Assembly (NCBI RefSeq): GCF_006345805.1
Contig: NC_043000.1
Location: 156,860,001-156,924,000 of the forward strand
Length of the DNA stretch: 64,000 bases
Direction: 5' to 3'
Source: Octopus sinensis
Lineage: Eukaryota
Of this stretch, positions 23,961 through 38,100 are shown piece by piece; position 1 is the stretch's first letter; each line of letters starts with the position of its first letter. The notes below the pieces were generated by a model that did not search any database, was not told the DNA's origin, and saw only the letters and a list, made by a program, of their open reading frames with translations. A program made the position numbers and the translations under genes.

Positions 23961-26900
23961 GAGAGAGTGAGAGAGAGAGGAATGGAGAATCTGAATGAAA
24001 ATCGGTGCTTGTCTTGTGCTGCTGCACCGAGTGAGATACCTGCAGTATAAATTGGAATAGGTGTAGAAGTGTGTATTTGTTAGAGGGGAGGGGGGGTGAG
24101 GATGTACTTGATGTCTGGAGAGAGGAAGTGTTGACGAAGGAAGTTGTAAACACACAAAAAAAGGTAGAGAGGTAGGCAGCTCAAAAAATAAAAAAAAAAA
24201 TTTCAAAAAGAGAGAGAAAATGGTGGCTAGCGAGATCATGACAGGAAGACTCGAATATGAGAATATAGACAGAGGAAGTGTTGAAAAAAATAAAAATTAA
24301 AAAAAGAAACTAATTCATTAAATCGTTTTAGTGGTATATGTAAGTTTGAGTCACGAATGATGACTTCATTTTTAAACCACTAGACTGACCGAACTCTCTG
24401 TCTGCCTGTAGCAAACATCAAAGCAGGCATTTTTCACACGTGCGCATGCACAACAGTTGTGACACTAGGCACTTTTAACCATCATTTGTTACTCGGAATT
24501 GATCCTGGCCGGAAGGCAGTGAACTGAACATCTTATAGGCCACAGCTTTCGTAATTTCATTATCATAATTAGTATAACGAAATGGAGACAAGTCGTTGAT
24601 ACAGTTGAGAGAAAGCAACGCCTTGTAGGAATGAGATTTTGCCAATGTTGCCAATGTTGCAAACGATGTGAGTGTATGTGTGATATTTTGAATAAAGAGG
24701 TTCCAATAAAATCCAGAAAACAAACTAAAGAATAACATAATGAATGAAGAATTTTCATTTTGTTATTGTATTTATTCTTTCAATGGTTTCAGCCATACAA
24801 GCTTTGACATAGTTGGAGCACCGCCATATTGTCAACGTTATCAATTTAATATCCGTTTTTACATATCAAAGTTCCATGAATCAAAAACCAAGCATCATCT
24901 CACTTTAGATTCCTGAAAATCCGTACTTCAATCTATTTTGGATTACCAACCGCATTTTCTGTTTTTTAATATTCCATCCAATCTTAAACTGCTATGAAAG
25001 TAGCGATATTAGAAAATGACTCCAAGAAAATATTAGTGTTAATAAAAGAAGAGAAATAGAAAGGAGCTAACTACAAATAATTAAATACAAAATAAGATCG
25101 ATATTAAACAAGAAGTCTAAGAGGAACCACCAAAGAAAATAATTCAGAAGAAAAAAAAAGGTAAATAAACACAAAAATCCGGATGATGAGATGGAAAATA
25201 AGAAAGGAGCAGACAACCGTAGACGGTTAAAGATTTATGAAGCCGAAAAATTTATTACTCTTGTTTCTGTCAAAATACAACCGTGGTTGATAGATCTAGC
25301 ATAACCCACAAGCACCTTAAAGTTATGGGTTGACTGTCTTTATTTGATATATCGCTATCATTTAGAAAATAATATAATTATTAAGTAGCAGATACTTTGA
25401 GAAATTAAAAATCATTATCAAACAATGTTGCAAGCTATATATTTATTTTCCGTTGGGTATTTGAACTGTTAATCAAATGTTTGGTGCCGCTTGTCTAGTC
25501 AACCTCTAATAGGTATTCCACAACATTCAAATAAATAAGGTTAGGGGAACTTTTAAGGAAAAATAACGATTTATGAGGTGCCTTGGCTGCAATAATTTTA
25601 TTGATATTTCCATTGCAAGCAGAACCATTTCGTTCATATGACATCTTGCAATCCTTGGGGACTTAATCGAGCATCAAGAAAAGCCACCGTTATCAACACA
25701 GCAGTTAATCATTTAGCAAGAAGTATTTTATTCCAGATACTCTTACCTGTAAATGAAATGTGCATTAACAATTGGATTCTCTGTCAGTTTCGACGATGAG
25801 CATTCAGCTTTTTGACCAACGCGTAAACGACACAGTTTTCTACAGGTACGTATTCTCTTAACCTAATCATCAGGCCAAACAGTGCAACTTACTATGACAA
25901 ATTGGACCTTTGGATTATAGATACAATTCAAAAATAAAGATAAGAATCGACCCTAGTATTGAATTTTGAAAGAATTACAGCTGACATCCGTGAGATTTGA
26001 ACTCAGAACACAGAGATCTGGAATATATACTTGTAAGACATTCTATCCAATGCTCTAATGATTCTGCCAGTTCGCCACATTCGCAATAACTATTTTTCAC
26101 CTCCATTTTTTTACAAACGCATACCAAACATTGTGAAACAGTGTCAAGCTATGCAGAGAAGAAAGGAAAAGAAATATCCCAGAAATTTTCTGAAGGTATG
26201 TGTAAGGAAGTCGAAGTTTGGTTTTTCACATGTGGAGCTGAAAAGATCTTGAGAAAGAGGGTTTAATGACTACACTCATTGTATACACCCACACAACAAC
26301 AGTGATCTAGTTTACAGTTTATAAATGTAGGGGCTGCAAAGGATATGCATCAGTAGCTACCCTAAATGGCTGTCGGTCTCGCATAAAAAGAAAAAGGGTA
26401 GATTAATATCACGAAAGAAAGACATATGTAGATAAATGTAATTATGAATGCAGAACACTGCGTAAAAATGTCTGTACTTGTGTAGGCGTGTATATAGCTA
26501 CACATGGTTGTATAAATTATCTCGTTTGGCCTGATTTATATACCATAACGATTTCATCAGCTATTCACTATTCCCACACTTAGGCGTATAGTGGAAGTAT
26601 CTTGGTACTCACAAGTAGACGAAGTAGTTAAATGGTGAAAAGAAAAAAAAAAAAAAGTACTTTCGAGTTCTGAACAAGAACTACTTGAAACGCATGCACA
26701 AAAATCAGCGTGTCATCACTGTCTGCGCAGGAACAGACACTTCACTTAATTTATTAAGTAATTATCCAAGTAAAATAAGCTCTGGATACGTAACACATGC
26801 GGGCAAGTGTAATAATATTATACGTTGAGAGCAACAGCATACAGTGGTCAGAAGTTGAAGAATAAAAGAAAAATATACAGCAGAGATGATAAAAGTTTAG

Positions 26901-26969
26901 AAGCAACAACTAAGGCAATTAAAAAGACTATTAACCAAAAACTAATTACCAATAGATCTTTCCTACAGA

Positions 26970-27275
26970 ATATATATATATATATATATATACATACATA
27001 TATATATACACACCACATACATACACATATTTATACACACCACATACATACACATATATATACACACCACATACATACACATATATATACACACCACATA
27101 CATACACATATATATACACACCACATACATACACATATATATACACACCACATACATACATATATACACACCACATACATACACACACACCACATACATA
27201 CACACACATATATATATATACACATATATATATACAGATATATATATATATACACAGATATATACATACACACAC
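26970..27275. repeat. 27-bp higher-order CA/TA minisatellite
   Basis: CC anchor recurs at 27013, 27040, 27067, 27094, 27121 and 27148, then the repeat decays. Confidence 0.85.
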
Positions 27276-28068
27276 GCATGATGGGAAAGGGTTGAATGCG
27301 AGAATCGATAGCAATTATTACCCAGACTTGATTCATACAGTAATATTTTTGAAGTCAGTGATTATTCTAGTATTAAAGTCTAGTGACTAACTCACCGTAA
27401 ACTTAGGGAGCTAGTCACAACTAAACCCCCATTATTGGCCCCTACCACTAACCGTCGCTACCGGCCATGGAACCTTAGCTGAGCAATAACACTCATGGGG
27501 GCCAGTTTAGTGATGGCGATGGTGCGATTGGTGAAGCAATTCATTGAAGAATACGGCTTAAAAGAGAAATGTACACAGTTAATGTAGCTTATTTTTATAT
27601 TACTCACACGCACACGAATCTATGTGACAGAGGAGAGAGAAGGCGAAAGTGTGTTGCATGTGTGTAAAAACCCCGATTCAGAGAGGTAGAGGTGGAGGGA
27701 GGAGAAATAGCGCGAGGAGAAGGCGGAGGAAAGTAATTTAAAGCAACAGCTGAGAAAGACAGAAAGACGCGAATAGAAAGAAAAACACAGAGACAGAGGG
27801 AGGAAGTACAGAGGAAAACCAGATTATATATATGTGTGTATATGTGTGTGTATGTGTATATATATATATATATATACACACACAAACACACAGACATATA
27901 TATGGTAGGGGGAGATAAGTTGGTTATGAAAGAAAGAAAAGCGGCCAACAAGTGATGAGTCATCATCACCGTTACAGATATCGCTTCTCTCCCCTCCCTC
28001 CCTCTTTTGCAGAACTTCCATTTCCCAGCTGTTGTTACTAGGGAGCTACAGGAGGAAGTAAGGGAAAC

Positions 28069-28110
<42 letters not shown>

Positions 28111-28378
28111 AGAGAAAAACACACACAAAAAAAAAGGGAAGAGGTAGTTCGGGAGTAGGTAAAGAAACGTGGAAGGGAAATTACGTATAACTAGGTAGAG
28201 AGAGAAAGAGAGAACGAGAGAACTGGAGTGTAAGGAAGAGGTGTTGTAACAGCAGTAGAAGAAGCCTGCAGGTCCTCTCAGCATTTAGCTTCTGTTGAGC
28301 TGGTTTTTACCTGTCTGTTGCTGTTGTACAAGTAGAAACCAGTTAAAAAGGTGTGGCGGTAGGGGGTGTAGCGGATGG

Positions 28379-28437
<59 letters not shown>

Positions 28438-31400
28438 GTGCGAAGAACTAGGAAAGAGGGTTTATGTTATTAAATGTCTGTGCGGTGCGCACGAATAGGA
28501 ATAATGTGCATGTGTGAAAGATGGTAGTAGTTTTGCGTGCATGTTGCAGGTATTTGCGATATATAAACGAAAAACGGTTACACCGAGTCAGAGACAGCAT
28601 TTGCTGCAGTAGAAGTGTCTTTGGTAGGGGCTGACTTTGGTTTCACTGGGAACGGGAAGGGGTGTAATTGCTATGTACAGCAGGATTTTCTAATATCACA
28701 GCGAGTGTGATGAGTGTATGCGTGTGAGTGTAAGCGTGTGTGCGTGCGTGCGTATATGAGCGTGTTACCTTATTCAAGCAAGAAGCCTCACGAAGAACAG
28801 AATTGGCAGGTTGTCCATCTTCTCCAAGGAAATTAACGACATAAGATCCCTATTCCCCCCCCCCCCACACCACCGTCAGGTGATATTCATAAACTGTAAT
28901 TCTGGGTTTCTGCTCGTTAGCTATGAGAGTTTTTATGGAATGTGGCCATATATGTAATATTTATATAGAAAATAAATAGTTGTATTGCAATCACTGTAAG
29001 ACTCATTGGCGAAGCATTCAGGCGTCATCCAAGAACGTGAACATTAAGTGTCACTAACTGCGCTTCCACCTCTCATGCTCAGAACAAGTAATTTTATGTA
29101 TTAACATAAAAACACAACAATTAAAGGATTTCATTAAAACCTATGTTAAGGTCACTACTGATCTGAAAAGCGTCTGAGCCTTCTCTCTGAAACCATAAAG
29201 GTTTTGGAAGTAAATATAAATTTAAAAAATAACCAATAAAATATCCCCAATCTCTTCCAATTAAGATTGAGCATAATCTCTCAAGTGAAATGCCTGTATG
29301 TCTATAACAGTTATAAAGTAATTTGCGAAATCCAGTTTCTACTTACTCCCTTTTTAAAGTTTGCAAATCAAATCTTATTTTAGATACTAAAAGCACGAGA
29401 GAAAATAAGACATCACTATTCATGAAATTTGGCACAAAACACAATTTTTTTTATACCCATTGCATTTCCAAAAAGCATTTTTATAATTTTGTTTTAAGCG
29501 TCCATGCTTGTTCCAGGCTTCTAGTTAGCAATTATTATTTCATACGTCCACAATAATATAAAGCTTTTCTTTCCCAAGTCCCATGTTATCCTAGTGGTTA
29601 AAAAAGAGAGAAGAGAGAATGTGCATGGAGGCCAGGGAAACATGCCTTTTGTATCACACGTGAAAATACACAGAACAGGTAAATGGTCAAAGAATTGACA
29701 ATATTGCTATTATGCAGCAATTCTACCTCATCTACTGAAGGTCATGCGTGTAACAGTAGGTAATCAAGCAGTCGTTTGTATGAAGTATCTATTAAAAGGA
29801 TTATAATAGTTATATTATGTTTATGTAGGTCAAAAGGTCATTTATACAGTCTTGTGCAATATTTAGTATATCTTAAGCCTTCTTGTTCGGTTGTCTCCCT
29901 CGAGCCTGAACAATCTTCACTTGATTCATTCAACTTTATGCCAGAGCCGAATTGACTAACAGCAATGAATAAAAAATATTCTGAAAATTTAATTAGCTTA
30001 ATTAAGCAAGATATTGTTTGACGCAGAAGGTAACAATGAAGATCTCTATTTCTCGCCAGATCTCAATTTTAAATTATCGGTAACTCTCTAGTTATCACAC
30101 CACTTACCAATTAAACTTGAGCAAAGTGTAAAAGACCTGGAGTATATGCAAACACTTAACGAGCCAATAACTAGGCAACAATACAATAACTCATTACAAA
30201 ATAATACAGCACTAATTACAATATCACGATTTAATTAAAACAAAACTTATTTTCGCTATGGAAGTATTCACGACTGGCTTTCAACCAAAAGTCAACGGAT
30301 GATTAAAATTCAATTCCTTCACACCATGGTAACAAGCTGGTATAATTGCGAAACTGGTATTTAGAAATTATATGTTGACCATCCCTCCTCCACTGTCTAT
30401 TTGTCAACAATTGAGATGGCCTACATTCCACAAATGTAGGCATTGTGGAATGTAGGCATTTAAGCTTCTAAATGGAAAATAAACCAGTGTTACTGATTGT
30501 TAGTCGCAATATGTGTTTTTATTTCCGAGTACAATTTTGCAATTTTAGGGTTCAATGCATCGTTTGTAGCAGGCACAGACGCATATAAATATATATGAAA
30601 AAATGAATATAACCATCTATAAATTGGAAAAATGCAACAGGATTGGTTGGTTACAAACCCATGTACTCAGAACCTAGTCTTCAAAGCTATAAGATAAGCA
30701 CACCAATACATGTTAAAGCTTCATTTAACGACATACCATTAAAACCATGTCTTATCCACCAATAGGAAGTACAAACCTCAGTGATCAGATCGAAAATATT
30801 GCTATATAGGGCAAGAGACAACTTTTTGTTCTAAGTGGAACAATACTTGAAGAGCAAAAACAAACGAAAATGTCTTACAGACTTAGAAATACTCGTTTAC
30901 CGTGTGATTATCATATTCTGGAGAAATATCGTTTTAGGTATGAAAAAATAATACTATTTGAATCTGTTACGACAAAAGAGATAAGTTAAAGCTAATTGAA
31001 CATAGATTCATATACTGATGCTTAACTAGAATAATTCAATTAAATCACCGACTTGGGTTGGTTAAATTTAACTATTCAGACCTTTTAATATCTCTACAAT
31101 CGTGAATTTCAACTAAAAAATTATAAAAAAAAAAATTACAATAATGCACGCGCACACTTCTAAAAAGAAAACCACTTGAGGTCTTCACTGAGTTGATTAA
31201 ATGAAACCAGTTCTCGCGCAGTTGTTAAATTTACGAAGACTGCAGTCTCTTGTGCAATTTTCTAAACAATAGACTCGCTTTGGCCACGACAATAGAAGGG
31301 AATTTCTATAAAAGACGACAGACATGTAGTGATGACACTATGATGTGTCACAAGAGAAGAAAGAAAGGAAGGAAAAAAGGGAGTTCAACCATTGGAAAGT

Positions 31401-31818
31401 GATGTGGGTTTTTGAAAATGCTGGTATGCAGATTATGTTCTGACAGTGTCGCATGTAGAGAGAAATTCCAAACGTTGTTATAAAATGACAACCAATTAAA
31501 AATACAGAATAAATAGAAACGCACAAAAATCCACCCAACTTTCTTGTGTGACTGAATTGAAGCCGGTCAGGTCAGAGTTATCAAGTGTGACATGACAGAT
31601 AAAGCCCGATTTCAGAGGGAGTACAAAACTTCTAAAGGAAAGCTAACCTATGCGAACAATGCTTTGAGTTTGGGGAAACAATGGGAACGAGTTCCATCTT
31701 GGAACAAAGCGGCAAATTTACTTCCTTCCATTCTCTCTCTGCCGTTGTCAGAATTATTTTATTCACCAAAGTCATTGGCTCAATTATTGAGTCTTAAGAG
31801 TTATCAAAAAGACAGCTT

Positions 31819-31867
<49 letters not shown>

Positions 31868-34800
31868 ATTTTGACCAAATTGGAATTAACACTTTCTCTT
31901 TTATAGACTTGGTTAATGATCTTTAATCTTGCAATTCCATGGAATAATTGTGTCAAACTTAAAAAAAAAAAAAAATTGAAAATTCTGTGTTTTTATGTCA
32001 TTTAAAAATTAAATGTACAACAAAACAGTAGACTAGAAAACGGTTTCCCTCCCTGTTTCCGAAATCCGATTATATACTCTGCTGCGATTAAAGTCGGAAT
32101 ATCATTAAATAAACAAACAAACAAAAGGAAGACAGCTATTTTGAGAAGGCATGCGTTGTCGTCATTTTAACTTAATTTTTCCATGATGCGTAACTGAGAT
32201 GAGAACGTCCCCTAGAGACAGAGAAAAGGGATGCAGCAGAGGAGAGTTGGAAGAAAAAGGCGGGAGACAGAATAAACGAAAGGCAGAAAGGAAGAAAGAG
32301 AGCGAAGGGAAAAAGGCATGAGTCGACAATCACCTTGATTATATATATGGCCAATGTGCTGCTGTTGTCTGCTGTCATCCCACACCTAAACAAAGCAGCT
32401 TCGTTCTCGCCAGCTTCCCCTCTCTCTTTCTCTCTTTCCTACCCTTTCCCAAGTCTCCTTTCTTACAACTATCACCTCCTGATCCCTACACAAACCGTCT
32501 GTCTTGTCTATGGTGACTTGCATGTATATATTCGACAGACAATGTGATAGGCTTTATGTCCAGCCATCGACCGCCAATCTGAATGTGTCAGTGTAGGGGT
32601 GTGTGTGTGTGTGGAAGAAACAATGCAGAAATAAGAAAGAAAAAAAAAGGGGGGAAACGATGGAACATCCATGTCCCAGCCGTGATAGTAGTAGCACGTG
32701 GGTGGTGATCCTATCTTTTTTTGTCTTCGCCCGATCAACTTACCTCACACTAAAATACTCTCCCTCCCCAGCAGTTTTCAAAACAGACAATGGGTTTCCC
32801 CCAGGTTTTTCTTTATTGTAAATCCGTCTCAATACCTGCCCAACAAAGAATGATTCCCCCACCATCAACACACCATACCTCACTATATGCATTTTTCCCT
32901 CGCTCTCCGTACTTGCCCAACAATAAAGCCCGTTTTAAAATGCTCTTATTCCTCCTGCCCCGCCTTCTACCCGACACGAAATAGTCGTGAGGTCACGATA
33001 CTTCAATTTTCTTCTCTTCCAAGAATTTTAATGGAAAAAGTTTTTCTTAATGTTCCCGCAATATTATAACTACACGACCAATCTTGCATTCCCCGACTTG
33101 CGCAATGCATATTATTGTTTAGCGACAACTTGCATTACAACAACAACACACACACGTGTGTGTGTATGTATAGTTATATATGTGTGTGTGTGTATTATAT
33201 ATATGTGTGTGACCATTCTTTCTAAAGTGGAAAATTGTTTCGATTCAAGTGTTGGCTAGTGTTACACTGTGCAAATGTCTAACAATAACTATCAACTTCT
33301 AAACTACTCTTGTAAACAAACGCAATAAAAGTTAAGTATTTGTGATTTCATTTAAACTTTACTTTCTATGAGACAAAGAGAGAGAGAAAGGCACCAATAA
33401 CATTTACTAGCTTCGTTGTCTTTAAAAAATTCCCTAAAATAAAACGTAAAATTTGCAAGAAACTTGATCTGCAGTCTTCTGCTTTATATGAACCAAAAAT
33501 GCCAACAAGCTGACATTTTTAAGACTTAAACTATATAAAAAGATTTTATTAGCTTTTGTTTTTTTAAAATTTTATGGCTTTAATAAAAATAATAAATCCA
33601 ACAAAAACGAAATACAATTTTTAGCTGTTTCTCTCTCTCCAACTTTCTTCGGATTACTTTATAAACAAAGAAATATTTCAGAATTGAAAACGAACTAAAC
33701 AACGCAGGTTTCTACAAAAAAGCTGGGAAATGATTTTAAAATAAAATTTTATATTAATTTAAAAAAAAGAATTTTTGATACACTTAAAAAAAAAATCTAA
33801 TTTCTTTGTTCTCTAACAACCCCTAAAAATCTTGTTTGATTGTACCAGAGAAACTAAATTAAAAACGCCTAAAAGTTTTCGAAATCCCATATAAATTATA
33901 TTCAAGGCAAATGTTCACTAAGATATCAAAGTTTATTACATAAACTAATATAACTGGTTATATTAGTTTATTTCTTCAGTAAAACGTTTAAAACTTTTGA
34001 GGTGGGGGAAAAACAAGAACAGGCATTGTTATTTCGTTTACAACATACACGCAATGCAACTAACAAGAGAAAAAAACTTTGTTTTTAAAAAGATAAGTCT
34101 ATAAAAACTGACATGTTGTTCATAAATTTTGCGGACTAGTTAAGGTTATATACCGTTTTTATATAAACCATAATAAACTTAGGTGAATGAAATAAGTGCA
34201 CGTGCGAGGGTCGAACGAGTCTGCAATGGAATAAAGAGTCAACAAAGACCGGCTAATCACGCACGTGGGTTTACTGGTTTTTGAGTACAAGAAATTAAAA
34301 GAAAATGCAGCTAAATAATAATAATAATAATAATAATACAGAAAATGCATTTATGTTAAATCTAGAATGAACAATGGATTACTAGGTAAAACAAGAGGAA
34401 TAATTTCTAAAGCAGTTAGTTGCAGTAAGCTGCTTTGTTTAATTCTATTAATGAAAAAAAAAATCGAATTAAAAAGTAGTAGTAACTAGACTTTCGAATG
34501 ATAATTAAAAAAAAAAAAAACTAAGTTTATTCACTCACTACCACACAAGAAAATAAAACTACCACACTTTCTTAACTTTGAAAAGAAAAAAAAAAACTAA
34601 CAAAAGAAAACAATACAAGTAACAACAAAAGACGTTTAGTTCTGCTGAGTAATGGATTTACAGCTCCTGTGGTTGTAACATCACATCAACTTTTGCCAAA
34701 TTAAGAAAATTTGCCAACTACACAAAAGAATTTTCTTAGTAATTAAAAGAAAATTAATTGATATGCATGCAATGTCATGTCACCCTCCTAAAGGGGTTTT

Positions 34801-35071
34801 TCTAAATAGTAAGAAGAAAATAATCTTACTTCTAAATGTAACTGTTTTAAATAATGATTTAATTAGATATTTATTAAGCACGTTTTATAGACAGTTTGGA
34901 TAAAGAAAATCTTAAATTTACTTATTTGATCTGAAACCCATTGGAAACATTTTTCACAGGGATCGTGCGTAGGTAAACCTTAAAAAACAAAAAGGAGTTT
35001 TTAAGAAAAAACTATCAATAAATAATTTTATAGACTCTGCAGAAACTTTAAGACAAAATTAGCTTTTCCAC

Positions 35072-35105
<34 letters not shown>

Positions 35106-38100
35106 TAATAATAAACGAGCCTCAGCTAAATTAATATACCAGAATGTACCGACAAAAAATACTTAAGGATATCAGAAACTTTCATTCTTAACTTTATAAT
35201 AAATATTATAATAGGAAAAAAGTTTTCAAACTTTCATAACTTTGACTCACATAAAAAAAAACCTAAACAATTTACATTCTTCTCCTTTAACACTCCTAAC
35301 AAGAACAAAGGAACTTGGTATCCTTTCAATGTTATAAAGCCCCGACGTTAAAATAATACACCCTTTCCCGCTCTTGATTCTGTTAGGGAAGAGAAGGAAA
35401 GGATTACTTTCCGCCGGGATCCTTTTGGCAAGTGTATTATAACATGCAGACAAAGCTTGCTACGAACTTCACTGAATTGTGTGACCAGCCACTCACTCAC
35501 TCACTCACTGCTGTCAACTTATGATAAACCACCATGGCAAGCAGACAAACATAACACAACATACCTTGACAGTAAAATTCTTATTCTGTGAGACAGTGCA
35601 CCGAAAGGAACCGCGACCTTTCATTACTAGTTTATGCCGAACGAAAACAAAAAAGTTTAGGGCTTAAAAAGCCAGGGAAACAGAGAAGACAGAAGGAAGA
35701 AATGTGTTGTGTGTGTGTGTGTGTGCGCGTCTATAGAGGAAAGGGTGGGGGCGAGATGAAGGAAAGTGCTAAGTTCTTTGTCTTTTCCCGGGATTTCAGA
35801 CAACGGAAACCCCTTTTTGGCGAGTGATGAGTAGCTATGCTGCTTAAAATACGACACCGTCATATTATGTACGGAGAGAGTGGGAGGAAGATTTTGTGGA
35901 AGCCATTGTGACTTCTTAATATTTTATTTCAAATAAAAAGCATTTCGTTTTCTTTTGAGTCTCCCTGTATCTATCTATCTATCTATCTATCTACACACAC
36001 ACAAACACACTTTAAAAATATCTTTTTAAAGAAGTGTGAGTGTGTTGTATTAGCATCCAAAAGTTAGGGAAAATACTAAAGTGTTAACTTTCAGAAATCT
36101 TGTACGCTGTCAACGTTTTATATAAAGTGCAAAAAAGCAAGAAACTTCAAATTATTACTTTTATTATACTATATAGTTCTCACTGTAAATCGCAATTAAT
36201 TTGCACTTAGACATGCGCATATATAAACATCATGTATATTCATTCATAAATATCTTTTTTTACACACACGCACGTATTGAACTATGATTTTTGTTTTGAC
36301 AAGTTTGATCGCAGACCGGTTTCGATTCTGCGAAAGAGCTCCTTTCAACAACGTTACTTTGAACACAATTCCGATCTTCACTTGGCTTTTTATGCTTCAA
36401 TAACTCAGCAAAAACTTTTATAGAACAAGTCAATAGTAGAAAATCTAAAAATATTGCATGTGGAGCGGTTAGTACTACCCATGGCGAATGAAAGGAGGAG
36501 CAGTTTGTAGACTGCTATTCTGACACACCCGTGTTGTTTACAACAAATATATTCTGGTAACTTCAAGCTTGCTATTTATAATATAATCTCCACAAAAAGA
36601 AACTACTACTACTACTACTCACTACTCACTACTGAATGATGGATTGGCCGGTTCTGTATGAGACAGTGTCTGGCATCCTCCTGGGGTCGATAAAATATCA
36701 GTCAAATTCTGGGGTTGAAACAATGGAAGAATTAGTAGAGGTCACTTCACGATCTATGTTCAAATTACACAGCAGTTTAACTTTGACTAATTCATAAATT
36801 GTCCCTCACCCACCTCAAGAAATTATGGCTTTGATACAAAGCTACAAATTATTATCATCATTATTTGTAGCAGTAGTAGTAGTATAAGGAATAGTAGAGG
36901 GTTCAACTAAACGTACAACACGGATCTCTTATCTGTAAGTTGAGTTTGAATTCCACCCAAATCGACTTTGCCTAATGTGCTTCCTGGGTCTATGAAAACA
37001 AGAAACACACTCAGTTCTTCAATCTACTGTATCACTTTCTTGCAGAAGAAACATTTAATTAGCACTGTCCAATCACCAAATATTAGTTCTTTGGATTGGC
37101 TTAAGTTAAAATTCTATTGTCAGTTAAGTCCCTGTAGAAAAGTAGAGAAAAGATCTGCAGGTTCGAATATGAAGGTGCTGCAAGGGAAGGGCTTCCTCAA
37201 TTAATCAAACAATAGTAAATTTAGATTTGTTGAGATGCGCTGTTGGCGAGTGAAACCCAGGACTTGGTCTTCATTTCTGATATCGAAACTCACTTTCAAA
37301 GCATGAACGCCAATTTGACTATCGCACCTTATTTTTGTAAACTCAGTGGGTTTCTGACCATACCATTTTGACCGAAGTCTTCAATGATTGCGATGGCGCA
37401 AGTGCTCAGAAACTAGTCATACTAAGTCTGGTCAATATCTTAGAGAATATTGGACAGAAGCTTCCAGAAATGCTAAGTGAAATGTGTCAATTTAGGAAGG
37501 TTCTTTATTTCTCTCTCTCTCTCTCACAGCATATCCATGGAGCAGTACGTTGTTCTCAACGATCTCTTCCAAATGCTTTAACTTTTACATTTCTCTCTAT
37601 ACGTCCATTCAAAAGTTTGCTTAATAAGCAATAAACTTGCTATACTTCACACGCAGCAGCCAAATGTGAATGCTTTAGAGTTTTCACTTGAGACTTGTTG
37701 CATACTGACACACATCTTAATTGCATGAAGTTTGTATAGAGGAAGAAAAGAGAGGAGAACTGGGGAGAGGGGAGCAATCCTGCGTGGGAGGCATGTAGCA
37801 AGTTCAAAAAACCCAAAACTATTGCAGTAAACTTTGGTTACCACAATATATGTAGAAGAGGGACAGTATTTCACATTACAAATTCTATAAGCCATGCAGG
37901 AATGTGCTTGTGCTAACGTATGACAGGTTTTAGATGCTTGGATAATGCAGGTATTGAATTTAATTTCCGGTAAAAGCTTTTTCTTAATACTGAAGATATG
38001 TGATACATATTTGAGCGCTAGCAATTTTCAGCGTCAACTGCTCTGAACAGTGTATATGACACCCAAAAATACACACATTCTTGCCATCAATCAGCAGTAA

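Noticed and set aside
24475-24758. Two overlapping ~88-aa intronic ORFs
   Set aside because: No recognisable domain or convincing splice sites.
26825-28284. Several 100-226-aa ORFs
   Set aside because: Built from CA/TA/GA microsatellites; low complexity with no domain motifs.
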